Assembly (NCBI GenBank): GCA_903825575.1
Contig: CAIKAW010000006.1
Location: forward strand, 34,168 to 98,167
Source: an uncultured bacterium
GTDB taxonomy: Bacteria > Actinomycetota > Actinomycetes > S36-B12 > CAIKAW01
DNA length: 64,000 nt
Reading direction: 5' to 3'
The stretch's first letter is position 1. Every line of letters starts with the position of its first letter. The notes beneath the pieces were generated by a model. That model did not search any database and was not told the DNA's origin. It was given only the letters and a program-made list of their open reading frames with translations. Positions 1 to 9,863 of this stretch are shown here, in pieces. A program made the translations under genes and the position numbers.

Positions 1-933
1 ATTTGCGGTGGAGAACGCCAAGAAGATGTCGCCCGAGAAATGACTGCCGGTTGTGCCGGTACGCGCCAGGCCGAACGAAACGCGGCGGGCGAGAGCTTTA
101 CATTGCCCGGGCAAAAGCGGTGCGTCAGTTGCGACAATGGTGATGCACGAGCCTGCGCCTGCGGGCACCAACCAGTCGGAATCCTCGATTGGATTGTCAG
201 CTAGCAGTTGTTGACCTACGCGACGGCCCGTGATTACTAGTTCAGCTCGGCTGCCAAAGTTCGCTTGCATGAGCACGCCGACGGTGTACGTGCGTCCGCC
301 CAAAATGATCTGGCGTGAAGACGTTCCAGTGCCACCCTTGAACTGGTAGCAATTCATGCCAGTACCACCACCCACGGAGCCTTCGGCTACGGCCCCGGGC
401 CGCGCAGCATCAAGAGCAGCGACAGTCGTGGCCGGTTGGATGTGCGGACCGTTGATGTCGTTGAGGTAGCCATCCCAGGTTTCGGCGGCAATTGGCAGTA
501 GCCAGCGATCGGCAAGGGCTGGGTTGTTAGCGATGGACCAGTCGATGATGCCGCGGTGGACGGGTCCGATGGCGTGTGTGTTGGTAATGCCGATCGGCAT
601 GGATATCGCGCCGGCCTCGTCAATCCAGGTGGTTCCGGTCATCTCGCCGTTGCCATTGAGTGAATGCCAGCCGGCGGCGATCGCCGTACCGACCCCAGCG
701 CGACCGAGGGGCAGGATCGCTGTCACCCCCGTGCGGACCGGCCCATTGCCCGCGACGAGCGGCCCGTCCCCTGTGATCAACGTGGCGAATCCCACCTCAA
801 CCCCAGGAACGTCGGTGATTGCGTTGAAAGGGCCCGGTGTCCCAAGCAGATCGATGCCAAGTCCGCGCGCCCGAGCCTGGCCTGTTACGGCATTGGTGCG
901 GTGGTCTGGGACAAGGCTGGCTGAATCGGTCAC
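1..933 (-). CDS. Peptidase family S58 (DmpA/BapA-like L-aminopeptidase / P1 family peptidase); 3' end lies outside the window
   Basis: Not in the ORF track because it has no stop in the window. My minus-strand translation from GTG 933 gives VTDSASLVPD...GVEVGFATLITG...GVTAILP...GITNTHAIGPV...GSVGGGTGMNCYQFKGGTGTSSRQ...SGDIFLAFSTAN, open to position 1. An in-frame TAG lies 4 codons upstream of the GTG. The GGGTGM..FKGG.GTSS and SGD..LAFST motifs are typical of S58. Confidence 0.8.
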   Translation of the reverse strand, partial: MTDSASLVPDHRTNAVTGQARARGLGIDLLGTPGPFNAITDVPGVEVGFATLITGDGPLVAGNGPVRTGVTAILPLGRAGVGTAIAAGWHSLNGNGEMTGTTWIDEAGAISMPIGITNTHAIGPVHRGIIDWSIANNPALADRWLLPIAAETWDGYLNDINGPHIQPATTVAALDAARPGAVAEGSVGGGTGMNCYQFKGGTGTSSRQIILGGRTYTVGVLMQANFGSRAELVITGRRVGQQLLADNPIEDSDWLVPAGAGSCITIVATDAPLLPGQCKALARRVSFGLARTGTTGSHFSGDIFLAFSTAN

Positions 934-980
934 GTTCGGAGCCTATGGCCCCGGTCACTTGCCCGACCAGTAGCGAGATA

Positions 981-1000
981 CTCAAGCCATGGGGCTTGAG
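981..1000. promoter_or_regulatory. Inverted repeat (8-bp perfect arms, 4-nt centre) ending 5 nt upstream of the hypF ATG
   Basis: ctcaagcc-atgg-ggcttgag read directly. It occupies the position where the hypF ribosome-binding site would be, within the 72-bp divergent region between the S58 peptidase and hypF. Confidence 0.4.
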
Positions 1001-1005
1001 ATCAA

Positions 1006-3321
1006 ATGACCCAAGAACGCATTGAGGTTCGGATTTCCGGCGTCGTACAAGGCGTCGGTTTTAGACCCTTCGTTTTCGGTTTGGCTCACCAACTTCGCCT
1101 GACCGGCTTCGTCACGAATGATTCGGCCGGAGTGCGGATCCAAGCCCAAGGCTCGCGCTCGGCACTGGTGGAGTTCTTAACGCGAGTGGCAGCCGAGGCA
1201 CCCGTGTTGGCTCGGGTGGCGGCCGTGGAAACCACCCAACTAGTTCCGGTGGCGGAAGGCGATTTCGTCATCCGCCCGAGTGCGCCGAGCGCAGGGTCAA
1301 CATCGATTCCGCCCGACACGGCGACTTGCGTTGATTGTTTGGCGGAGTTGCGATCACCGTCGGACCGCCGATTCGGATACCCGTTCATAGTCTGCATCAA
1401 TTGCGGTCCCCGATACACGATCGTCACGGGCTTGCCGTATGACCGTGCCCACACCACCATGAACGAATTCCCGATGTGTGTGCCCTGCCAAGGCGAGTTT
1501 GACGATCCGACCTCTCGTCGGTTTCATGCCGAACCCACCGCTTGCTCGGATTGCGGACCGCAACTTGCATTTCGCTCTACCGAAAGATCCGCCACTGGCG
1601 CCGACGCAATTACGGCGACGGTGGAAGCGCTGCAATCCGGACAGATCGTCGCCATCAAGGGTATTGGCGGCTACCACTTGGGGTGCGATGCGCGGAATTT
1701 GATGGCGGTGGCGAGACTGCGCGAACGCAAGGGGCGCGGTGACAAGCCATTTGCATTGCTGGTGCGCGACCTAGCCACGGCTTCGAGTTTTGCGAAACTT
1801 ACTGACACCGAATCGTTGCTCCTGACCAGTAGCGAGGCGCCGATCGTAATCGCAACGGCGACCGACGCCGCGTTAGGTACCGCCGTTGCACCGGGGAACA
1901 CAACGGTAGGGGTGATGCTGCCAAGTACTCCGCTGCAGCACCTGCTCTTCGACGCCGGAGCGCCTGCAGTCTTGGTGATGACGAGTGGGAATCTCAGTGA
2001 TGAGCCCATTTGCATCGATCCAGCGGAGGCGGAGATGCGGTTAGCGGGAATCGCTGACTGCTTCTGTCATAACAACCGCCGCATCCACGTGCCTTGCGAC
2101 GATTCAGTCGTTCAAGTTTCGGGCGAAGGGCCACAACCAATTCGTCGTAGTCGGGGTTATGCGCCGCTGCCGCTGAGATTGCCAGTTAGCACCCGGCCAG
2201 TTATTGCAGTCGGCGGGGAGTTAAAGACCACGGCTGCGGTAGCCACTGGGAATCAGGTCTGGCTAAGTCAGCACATTGGTGACACCGAGAATCTTCAGAC
2301 CTTGGCGGTACTTGCTCGCACAGTGGCAACGCTCACTGAGTTGCAACACGTCTTACCCGAGGCCGTGATAAGTGATTCTCATCCGTCGTACTTGTCGCGC
2401 AAGTGGGCATCGGAGGAGGCCGTTCGCCGCGGCATTCCACACCTGATGGTGCAGCATCACCACGCGCATCTCGCATCGTTGCTTGCTGAGCACGGCTGGT
2501 CACATTCGGAAACCGTGCTGGGCGTTACGTTCGATGGGACCGGTTTCGGAACGGACGGAACAATCTGGGGCGGCGAGTTTCTACTTGGTGGGTACAAGTC
2601 GGTTGAACGCGTCGGGAGCCTGCTTCCAGTTCAGCTTCCTGGTGGGGATGCGCCCACGCGTCGACCAGCCAGGAGCGCCTTGGCACACCTGAAAGCAGCT
2701 GGGCTCCGTTGGGATTTGGATCTGCCCCCTGTTGCCGCAAGCTCGCCGAACGAGTTGCAGGTAATCGGACGGATGCTTCAGACCGGCGCCAGTTGTACAC
2801 CGACAACGAGCATGGGCAGGTACTTCGATGCGGTGGCGTCGATCCTCGGTGGCCGGCAGGACGTCGACTATGAAGGGCAGGCAGCGGTCGAGCTTGAAGC
2901 GCTGGCGACGGCATGTGACGTGCAGCCAAATGCGGAGGCTTGGACTCCAGCTGTTGAGCAACTTGGTGATCGACTTGTGCTCAACCCGCGACCGGCGCTC
3001 GTAGCCGCCATCGCCGCAGTTCGTAATGGCACAGACCAAAGATTGGCGGCGGCCAACTTCCATCTGGGCCTTGCCGCGGGTGTGGCTGAGATGGCTACTA
3101 AGGTTCGTGATCGAACTGGAGTGGCAGTGGTGGGCCTGACAGGTGGGGTCTTTGTGAATCGGTTCCTTACTGCTGCGTGTGTTGCGAGACTGAACGCAGC
3201 GAATTTCCAGGTGTTAACGCACCGGGTGGTCCCGCCGAATGATGGCGGGTTGGCCTTGGGTCAAATTGCGGTTGTGGCAGCAGGAGAATGGCGTCGGACT
3301 AGCCGGCAGATAGGGGTTTGA
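1006..3321 (+). CDS. hypF: [NiFe]-hydrogenase maturation carbamoyltransferase HypF
   Basis: 771 aa. N-terminal acylphosphatase-like domain (VRISGVVQGVGFRPFV). Two CxxC..CxxC zinc-finger pairs (CVDCLAEL..CINCGPRYT; CVPCQGEF..CSDCGPQ). YrdC-like (IVAIKGIGGYHLGCDA) and Kae1-like C-terminal domains. Confidence 0.95.
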   Translation: MTQERIEVRISGVVQGVGFRPFVFGLAHQLRLTGFVTNDSAGVRIQAQGSRSALVEFLTRVAAEAPVLARVAAVETTQLVPVAEGDFVIRPSAPSAGSTSIPPDTATCVDCLAELRSPSDRRFGYPFIVCINCGPRYTIVTGLPYDRAHTTMNEFPMCVPCQGEFDDPTSRRFHAEPTACSDCGPQLAFRSTERSATGADAITATVEALQSGQIVAIKGIGGYHLGCDARNLMAVARLRERKGRGDKPFALLVRDLATASSFAKLTDTESLLLTSSEAPIVIATATDAALGTAVAPGNTTVGVMLPSTPLQHLLFDAGAPAVLVMTSGNLSDEPICIDPAEAEMRLAGIADCFCHNNRRIHVPCDDSVVQVSGEGPQPIRRSRGYAPLPLRLPVSTRPVIAVGGELKTTAAVATGNQVWLSQHIGDTENLQTLAVLARTVATLTELQHVLPEAVISDSHPSYLSRKWASEEAVRRGIPHLMVQHHHAHLASLLAEHGWSHSETVLGVTFDGTGFGTDGTIWGGEFLLGGYKSVERVGSLLPVQLPGGDAPTRRPARSALAHLKAAGLRWDLDLPPVAASSPNELQVIGRMLQTGASCTPTTSMGRYFDAVASILGGRQDVDYEGQAAVELEALATACDVQPNAEAWTPAVEQLGDRLVLNPRPALVAAIAAVRNGTDQRLAAANFHLGLAAGVAEMATKVRDRTGVAVVGLTGGVFVNRFLTAACVARLNAANFQVLTHRVVPPNDGGLALGQIAVVAAGEWRRTSRQIGV

Positions 3322-3324
3322 AAG

Positions 3325-3597
3325 ATGTGTCTAGGCGTGCCGGGCCGGATCGATAAGATCTGGCAAGGAGACGGAGTCAGGATGGCAGCTGTCGACTTCG
3401 GGGGTGTGCGCAAGGAAGTATGCCTAGAGTTTCTACCGGACATTGAAGTCGGCGACTACACGATCGTTCACGTCGGTTTCGCCCTGACGAAACTGGATGA
3501 GAAGTCAGCCCTTGAAACGCTTGAGTTGATGCGAAGCGTCGGGCTCTTGGACGAAGAGTTCGGACTGGTCGCCGACCCGAATGAGGGACTCCGATGA
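3325..3597 (+). CDS. hypC: Hydrogenase assembly chaperone HypC/HupF
   Basis: 90 aa with the N-terminal MCLGVPGRI motif (essential Cys2). Lies between hypF and hypD. Confidence 0.9.
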   Translation: MCLGVPGRIDKIWQGDGVRMAAVDFGGVRKEVCLEFLPDIEVGDYTIVHVGFALTKLDEKSALETLELMRSVGLLDEEFGLVADPNEGLR

Positions 3598-4697
3598 AGT
3601 ATCTCGACGAGTTCGGTGATCCGGCAATCGCACGAGCCTTGCTTGACGACATCGCTCGAATCGTCACCAAGCCTTGGGCGATCATGGAGATCTGTGGCGG
3701 CCAGACTCACACGATCATCCGCAATGGGATCGATCAGTTGCTGCCAGGCGGTATCGAGTTAATCCATGGCCCCGGTTGTCCGGTATGCGTGACTCCACTC
3801 GAGACGATCGATCGGGCGATGGCGATAGCAGCGCTCCCTGGCGTGATCTTTGCCTCATTCGGCGACATGATTCGGGTCCCTGGATCGTCGGTGGACCTAT
3901 TCCAGATCAAAGCCAGCGGAGGCGATGTGCGCATTGTCTACTCGCCTTTAGATGCGGTTCGGATAGCGCAAGCCAATCCGGATAAGCAGGTGGTCTTCTT
4001 CGGTATCGGTTTCGAAACGACGGCCCCGGCTAATGCAATGACAGTTCAACTTGCCAAGCAACTCGGGTTACGCAATTTCTCGTTGCTCGCCTCCCACGTA
4101 CTTGTACCGCCAGCGATAACTGCGATTTTGGATTCACCGAGGCGGCGAGTACAAGGCTTTCTTGCCGCGGGGCATGTTTGCACTGTCATGGGTATGGGCG
4201 AGTACTTGCCATTGGTCGAGAAGTACCACGTGCCTATCGTCGTAACGGGGTTCGAGCCGCTCGATGTTCTGCAAGGGATTCGGATGGTGCTCGTGCAACT
4301 GGAGTCCGGACGGGCCGAGCTCGAGAACGCCTATCCTCGGGCTGTGTCGGCCGAAGGCAATCTTGCCGCGCAGGCAGTTGTTCGCGACGTCTTCACTGTT
4401 TGTGATCGTGCCTGGCGCGGAATCAGCGTGATTCCCGACTCCGGTTGGCGGGTTGCTGATAAGTACGCGGAATTCGACGCCGAACTTCGCTTCGACGTGT
4501 CGGATATCAAGGCCACTGAGTCACCGCTCTGCCATTCCGGTGAGGTTTTGCAAGGATTTCTTAAGCCCAATCAGTGCCCCGCATTTGGCCAAGAGTGCAC
4601 TCCCCGAAAACCTCTAGGGGCACCGATGGTCTCCAGCGAAGGTGCTTGCGCCGCGTACTACCACTTCCGGCGCATCCAGACTCCGGCTACTGCATGA
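3594..4697 (+). CDS. hypD: Hydrogenase formation protein HypD
   Basis: 367 aa with [18 protein letters not shown] and GFETTAP motifs and a C-terminal Cys cluster. ATGA overlap with the hypC stop. Confidence 0.95.
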   Translation: MKYLDEFGDPAIARALLDDIARIVTKPWAIMEICGGQTHTIIRNGIDQLLPGGIELIHGPGCPVCVTPLETIDRAMAIAALPGVIFASFGDMIRVPGSSVDLFQIKASGGDVRIVYSPLDAVRIAQANPDKQVVFFGIGFETTAPANAMTVQLAKQLGLRNFSLLASHVLVPPAITAILDSPRRRVQGFLAAGHVCTVMGMGEYLPLVEKYHVPIVVTGFEPLDVLQGIRMVLVQLESGRAELENAYPRAVSAEGNLAAQAVVRDVFTVCDRAWRGISVIPDSGWRVADKYAEFDAELRFDVSDIKATESPLCHSGEVLQGFLKPNQCPAFGQECTPRKPLGAPMVSSEGACAAYYHFRRIQTPATA

Positions 4698-5764
4698 GCG
4701 ATCGACCAGATCTCGAGAATTGGTCCTGCCCGCTCCCGCTTCGTGACCATCCAAACGTTGTGATGGGTCACGGTGGCGGCGGTCGATTGTCGGCTGAACT
4801 AGTTGAGCATTTGCTGTTGCCGGCCTTCGCCGGAACCCATGATGCCGACGTACTCAATCAACTAGGCGATGCTGCCGTGCTGTCCTTGTCCGGCCGGCGA
4901 GTTGCCTTTTCGACGGATTCCTATGTGGTGCAGCCCAGATTCTTCCCCGGCGGAAACATCGGTGACCTCGCCGTGAACGGGACCATTAACGATCTAGCAG
5001 TGTCTGGCGCCGTGCCGCTCGCGCTGTCGGTTGGACTCATCTTGGAAGAGGGCTTGGCATTAAGTGAGTTGGCGTTCATCGCAAACACAATGGGCATGGC
5101 TGCGCGCCGGGCTGGGGTATCGATCGTTACGGGGGATACCAAGGTCGTCGATTTCGGGCACGGAGACGGGGTCTACATCAACACATCAGGAATCGGGGTC
5201 GTACCTGCCGGGGTCGACCTTGGGCCCCACCGAGTGACTCCCGGAGACGCCGTAATCGTGTCCGGTGTTATTGGTCGACATGGGGTGGCTGTGCTCAGCG
5301 TTCGTGAGGGTTTGGAATTCGGCTCGGATATCTGCACCGACACCGTGCCTTTGAATGGCTTGGTCCACGACTTGCTCGGTTCTGGCGTTGAGGTCCACAT
5401 GATGCGCGACCCAACCCGCGGTGGGGTGGCCGCGACGCTAAATGAGATCGCCACGTCGGCGCGGGTGGGCGTAGAGATCGTCGAGCGCAACGTGCCGGTA
5501 CCTGATGACGTCCGGGCCGCATGTGGCTTCCTTGGTCTTGACCCTTTGTATGTGGCCAACGAAGGTTGTTTGGTTGCCTTCGTGTCCGCTGCCGATGCCG
5601 ACCAAGCCATCGCGGTCATGCGCAACCATGAGTTTGGTCGGGACGCGACGTTAATCGGCTACGTGACGGGCGACCATGTTGGAACTGTCGTGGCCCGGAC
5701 CTCCATCGGTGGCCAACGAGTGGTCGATCTTCCGTTAGCTGAGCAACTGCCGAGGATCTGTTAG
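4694..5764 (+). CDS. hypE: Hydrogenase expression/formation protein HypE (carbamoyl dehydratase)
   Basis: The ORF-track start at 4574 would overlap hypD by 124 nt. The internal ATG at 4694 overlaps the hypD stop (ATGA) and gives [18 protein letters not shown]-synthase-like fold. C-terminus ends LPRIC, the PR(I/V)C motif. Confidence 0.9.
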   Translation: MSDRPDLENWSCPLPLRDHPNVVMGHGGGGRLSAELVEHLLLPAFAGTHDADVLNQLGDAAVLSLSGRRVAFSTDSYVVQPRFFPGGNIGDLAVNGTINDLAVSGAVPLALSVGLILEEGLALSELAFIANTMGMAARRAGVSIVTGDTKVVDFGHGDGVYINTSGIGVVPAGVDLGPHRVTPGDAVIVSGVIGRHGVAVLSVREGLEFGSDICTDTVPLNGLVHDLLGSGVEVHMMRDPTRGGVAATLNEIATSARVGVEIVERNVPVPDDVRAACGFLGLDPLYVANEGCLVAFVSAADADQAIAVMRNHEFGRDATLIGYVTGDHVGTVVARTSIGGQRVVDLPLAEQLPRIC

Positions 5765-5782
5765 CGGGATGGATTGCGTTAC

Positions 5783-6592
5783 TTAGACGTCCCACCACAA
5801 AGTCGCCAACTCGCGCCGGGCATTTTGGTCGGACGACGCCATCGCCGCAGCCACTTCAGCTTCGCGTTCCGCAGGCAGGCAGAGGCGAATTCGCATGAAG
5901 TGGGCTTGCTTCTCGAGCGTCAGTGGCACTCGAGTCGAAAAGTCCTCATCTGGCCAAACTTCTAGATTTGCTTCGATGCCGGCTTCACGCGCGACAGCCA
6001 GCGCGTCAGCGGCGGATGGCGCCAAGGGGCGGTCCACGTTCCAGAAATGCTTCCAAAGTGGCGACATGCGCGTGAGTGGATGTACGACTGGAAGTTCGAG
6101 CACAACGCGGTGCCTAGCGTGCTGACCCAAGCGCAGCAGGAACGGGCCCAATTCCGGAACGTTGTAGACGACGTGGTGGCACACCACGACATCGGCTTCC
6201 GGCGCCCGATCGGCCGCTTCCGGCCAGTCGCCCAGCACCTGTTCGTGGACAAGACCGCGCTCTCGGGCGGCAGCTGCGAACTGCTGCAGCATCTCGGCCT
6301 GGTGGTCGATTCCAACGACGAGACCAGCTCGGTCTGCCAGAGCCAGCGCGGCTCGGCCTCCACCACAGCCCACATCCAAAACGCTTCCGCCCTCAGGTAG
6401 GGCCTCACGGGCCCTCCGATGGGAAGGTGAGTCGGGGATCGCTCCAGTCACGGTGAATATCTCAGGCGGGTGAATCCATGGCGATTGGGGGGCTTGCGCG
6501 AGAATTTCGGCGGGTATTGCCCAGGCGGCTAGGTCTGAACGCCACTTCTTTGAGGCTGCAGTCACGATCGACACGCTAGTTGAGGCGATCAC
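5783..6592 (-). CDS. Class I SAM-dependent methyltransferase
   Basis: 269 aa with SAM-binding motif I, VLDVGCGGGRAALALA. Convergent with hypE. Confidence 0.7.
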   Translation of the reverse strand: MIASTSVSIVTAASKKWRSDLAAWAIPAEILAQAPQSPWIHPPEIFTVTGAIPDSPSHRRAREALPEGGSVLDVGCGGGRAALALADRAGLVVGIDHQAEMLQQFAAAARERGLVHEQVLGDWPEAADRAPEADVVVCHHVVYNVPELGPFLLRLGQHARHRVVLELPVVHPLTRMSPLWKHFWNVDRPLAPSAADALAVAREAGIEANLEVWPDEDFSTRVPLTLEKQAHFMRIRLCLPAEREAEVAAAMASSDQNARRELATLWWDV

Positions 6593-6648
6593 GCCCTACG
6601 CAGCGGGTAGTGTCTCTCGAACTTGCCGGCAACGAATTCAGGTGACTC

Positions 6649-7680
6649 ATGGAACCCCTAGAAGGCCTTCCCGGCGAAGGATCAGCCAGCGCCCCGCACG
6701 CTGATTCGATTGCCCGGACTCGGCTCTACCGCGGCGGCCACCTGGCGGCCGAACATTTCGCGGTGATGGAGATATCCGAACTCCTAGCTGATCCAGACAC
6801 CTTCGTCTGGGTGGACCTACTGGCACCTGAAGCGCACGATTTGGCGCTGATCGGCGAGGAACTTGGCCTGCACAAACTGGCGATTGCAGATGCGGTTGGG
6901 GTCCGCCAACGTCCAAAACTTGATCGCTACGCCACGCACGAGTTCCTCAACATGTATGCAGCGAAGCTGGACCGCACCACGGGTGAGTTGTCGCTGAGTG
7001 AGTTATCTGCCTTTATTACTCCTCGAGCCTTGGTTACCGTGCGAAAAGACAAGTCCTTTGATATCTCCGCGGTCGTACAACGTTGGGACTCTTCGCAAGA
7101 CCTTGCCATAAATGGCGTCGGCTTTCTGCTGCACGGACTGGTAGACCAAGTGGTCGATGGGCATTTCGAGGTTGTCCAGGATCTCGATGATGAGATAGAG
7201 AAACTCGAAGACCTGCTGTTCGACGAGCGCCAGCACGACTCAGAAGTTCAACGGCGCAGCTTCGAACTGCGAAAATCGCTGGTTACCTTACGTCGGGTTG
7301 TGTTGCCGATGCGCGAAGTCGTAAATGCGCTAATGCGACGCGACGTGGAATTGGTCGATGCTGCGATGATGCCCTACTACCAGGATGTTTACGACCACGT
7401 TTTGCGGGCGTCTGAATGGACGGAATCGCTGCGCGATCTGGTCACCACGATCCTGGAGACCAACCTCACCTTGCAAGGCAACCGGCTGAACGTGATTACC
7501 AAACAGGTAACCAGTTGGGCTGCGATTATTGCCGTGCCAACTGCAATCACCGGGTTCTATGGCCAGAACTTGCCATATCCTGGTTTCGGCACGACAAGTG
7601 GCTTGTTGTGGTCGTGCGGCCTAATCGCTGGTATGTCGGTTGTGTTGTACATAGTCTTCAAGCGCAAGAACTGGCTCTAA
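6649..7680 (+). CDS. corA: CorA-family divalent cation transporter (non-canonical GQN motif)
   Basis: 343 aa. CorA-like cytoplasmic domain and two C-terminal TM helices, with loop motif FYGQNLPYPGF in the place of the usual YGMNF. Confidence 0.8.
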   Translation: MEPLEGLPGEGSASAPHADSIARTRLYRGGHLAAEHFAVMEISELLADPDTFVWVDLLAPEAHDLALIGEELGLHKLAIADAVGVRQRPKLDRYATHEFLNMYAAKLDRTTGELSLSELSAFITPRALVTVRKDKSFDISAVVQRWDSSQDLAINGVGFLLHGLVDQVVDGHFEVVQDLDDEIEKLEDLLFDERQHDSEVQRRSFELRKSLVTLRRVVLPMREVVNALMRRDVELVDAAMMPYYQDVYDHVLRASEWTESLRDLVTTILETNLTLQGNRLNVITKQVTSWAAIIAVPTAITGFYGQNLPYPGFGTTSGLLWSCGLIAGMSVVLYIVFKRKNWL

Positions 7681-7700
7681 GTCCATTGGAAGGATTTGGC

Positions 7701-9713
7701 ATGTCAGTGCGACAGCGATTAGTCGTCGCGAGTGCGCTCATGCTCTTTCTGGAACTCGCGCTCATCCGATGGCTCGGTGCCCACCTGCTCCACCTGTCGT
7801 ATTTCTCGAACATTGTGCTGCTCGGTTCGTTCCTTGGCATTGGCGTCGGCTTTCTGCGGGCGCGGCCCGACCGAAAACCGCCGCTGTACTTTCCGGTAGT
7901 TCTGACCTTGCTCCTTGCCTTAGTGCTGATCTTCCACGGAGGCATCGATCGCTCGGGCACTGACCTGATCTACTTCACGGCTGTCGCTACTACGGGACTA
8001 CCCCGGTGGCTAACCCTTCCAAGTGTCTTCCTGCTAGTTGCGTTGGCGTTGGCGGGTCCGGGAGAAATGGTCGCCGCCTGTTTCCTTCGTCTCCCTCGCT
8101 TGGACGCCTATAGATTTGATCTTCTTGGCAGCTTGATCGGCACTTTGCTGTTCGCCCTCATGTCGTTTCTCGGAACGTCACCGCTGGTTTGGGGTTTGAT
8201 CATTGCGGGCGCGATGGTGCCACTTTTGCCGCTGAGAAGTTCGGCGATGGCATCGGCGGCCGTGATTGCCAGCGTTGTCCTCATGGCTTGGGGGTCGCTG
8301 AATCCACACATAATTTGGTCCCCCTATTACCAGATTGAGGTGATTCCGGGGATCGCGCATCCGACGGGAGGGGCGCAATATCCCGTGGTGTCGATCCTGG
8401 CCAATGGGGTACCTCATCAGGCGGTCGTGCCTCTCGATGTGCGGTTGGCGCAAGAGCCTTTCTACCGGCTTCCCTACACCCGGTCTGCCAACGAGCATCC
8501 GGCCAGTGTTCTGGTAGTTGGAGCGGGCAATGGTTCGGACGTTGCGCTTGCGCTGCGACAAGGTGCCGAATCGGTCGATGCTGTTGAAATTGATCCGAGG
8601 ATCCGTGAGCTTGGAGTACGACTACATCCGCAACATCCGTATCAGGATCCCCGCGTTCATTCGATCGTGGGCGATGGCCGTGCCTTTCTTCATAACACCA
8701 AGCACAAGTACGACCTGATTGTCTTTGCGCTGCCCGACTCGCTGACTCTGGTTGCCGGCTCGAACCAGTTGCGGTTGGAGTCCTACCTGTTCACGGTCGA
8801 GGCGATGCAGGACGTACGCAAGCATCTAAACCCCGGCGGAACATTCGCTATGTACAACTACTACAGGCAGGACTGGCTAGTTGGTCGCTTGGCGCTAACA
8901 GAGGCAACCGCCTTCGGACACGTGCCGTGTGTCGATACGTATCAAAATCGCAGCGCAGTGATGGTTGTCGGCTTGGCGCCGATTAACCAAGTGTGTGCGG
9001 CTGCAACACTTGAGAGTACCCAGGCACTCTTGGCTACAGCCCCAGCACCAGCGCATGACAGCCGACCTTTTCCTTACTTGAAAGACCAGAGCATCCCGTC
9101 GACCTTCCTCGTCATAATTGGGATGATTTTGGTGATCAGCCTGTTGCTGGTCAGACTTGCGGGTGGGCCGTTGCGCCGACTGTTGCCATATGCGGACCTA
9201 GCGTGTTTGGGCGCCGCCTTTCTACTGCTGGAAACTCGCGCGGTCACTTGGGCGGCACTCCTGTTCGGCACGACGTGGCTCGTCAATGCAATTGTGTTCG
9301 CCGGTGTCCTTGTGATGGTGCTGGCTGCGGTGGAACTGACGCGACTGCTGCCTAAACGCCCAACCAGGCCGTTTGCTTTTCTGCTTCTCGGGGTAACACT
9401 GCTCGTCGCTTGGGCGGTACCGACGTCTTGGCTGTTGTCGTTGCCGCTGGGGACTCGGATGGTTGCAGCAGTGGTGATCGCATTTGGTCCGGTGTTTGCA
9501 TCCAACATTGTCTTTGCCACGCGCTTTGCAGATACGACTGATGGGACCGGGGCGTTTGCGGGGAATCTGCTCGGGGCGATGATCGGAGGATGTCTTGAAT
9601 ACCTTGCTCTGATAGTCGGTTATCCTGCGTTGCTTGGCGTGGCTGGGTTGCTCTACTTGGCCGCTTTTGCCTTGACTCCTCGCCTGCGCCTCGGCTCTTT
9701 TAACACAGTCTGA
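7701..9713 (+). CDS. Polytopic membrane protein with an embedded spermidine synthase-like (class I methyltransferase-fold) domain
   Basis: The track ORF starts at 7416 inside corA. The ATG at 7701 follows ggaagga and gives MSVRQRLVVASALMLF. Multiple hydrophobic segments lie on both sides of a soluble core with VLVVGAGNGSDVALALRQGAESVDAVEIDPRI. Confidence 0.7.
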   Translation: MSVRQRLVVASALMLFLELALIRWLGAHLLHLSYFSNIVLLGSFLGIGVGFLRARPDRKPPLYFPVVLTLLLALVLIFHGGIDRSGTDLIYFTAVATTGLPRWLTLPSVFLLVALALAGPGEMVAACFLRLPRLDAYRFDLLGSLIGTLLFALMSFLGTSPLVWGLIIAGAMVPLLPLRSSAMASAAVIASVVLMAWGSLNPHIIWSPYYQIEVIPGIAHPTGGAQYPVVSILANGVPHQAVVPLDVRLAQEPFYRLPYTRSANEHPASVLVVGAGNGSDVALALRQGAESVDAVEIDPRIRELGVRLHPQHPYQDPRVHSIVGDGRAFLHNTKHKYDLIVFALPDSLTLVAGSNQLRLESYLFTVEAMQDVRKHLNPGGTFAMYNYYRQDWLVGRLALTEATAFGHVPCVDTYQNRSAVMVVGLAPINQVCAAATLESTQALLATAPAPAHDSRPFPYLKDQSIPSTFLVIIGMILVISLLLVRLAGGPLRRLLPYADLACLGAAFLLLETRAVTWAALLFGTTWLVNAIVFAGVLVMVLAAVELTRLLPKRPTRPFAFLLLGVTLLVAWAVPTSWLLSLPLGTRMVAAVVIAFGPVFASNIVFATRFADTTDGTGAFAGNLLGAMIGGCLEYLALIVGYPALLGVAGLLYLAAFALTPRLRLGSFNTV

Positions 9714-9863
9714 GCGTGTTTGGGGGTCACTTAGTGAAACTCCCCTCAAGCAGTAAATCTGGTCGACGTTGGTCGTTGCGCTGATCGATCTCTAGTGGGA
9801 TAAAGGTCGCGGTGCCAGATCACTTACACGATCTGCGTGAATGAAACCTCGAGAGGGACGGCG

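Noticed and set aside
387-1025. Several 60-150 aa track ORFs (e.g. 524..973 +, 664..924 +, 387..623 -)
   Set aside because: All lie within or antisense to the S58 peptidase reading frame, which has clear family motifs. Their Pro/Arg-rich composition indicates spurious frames.
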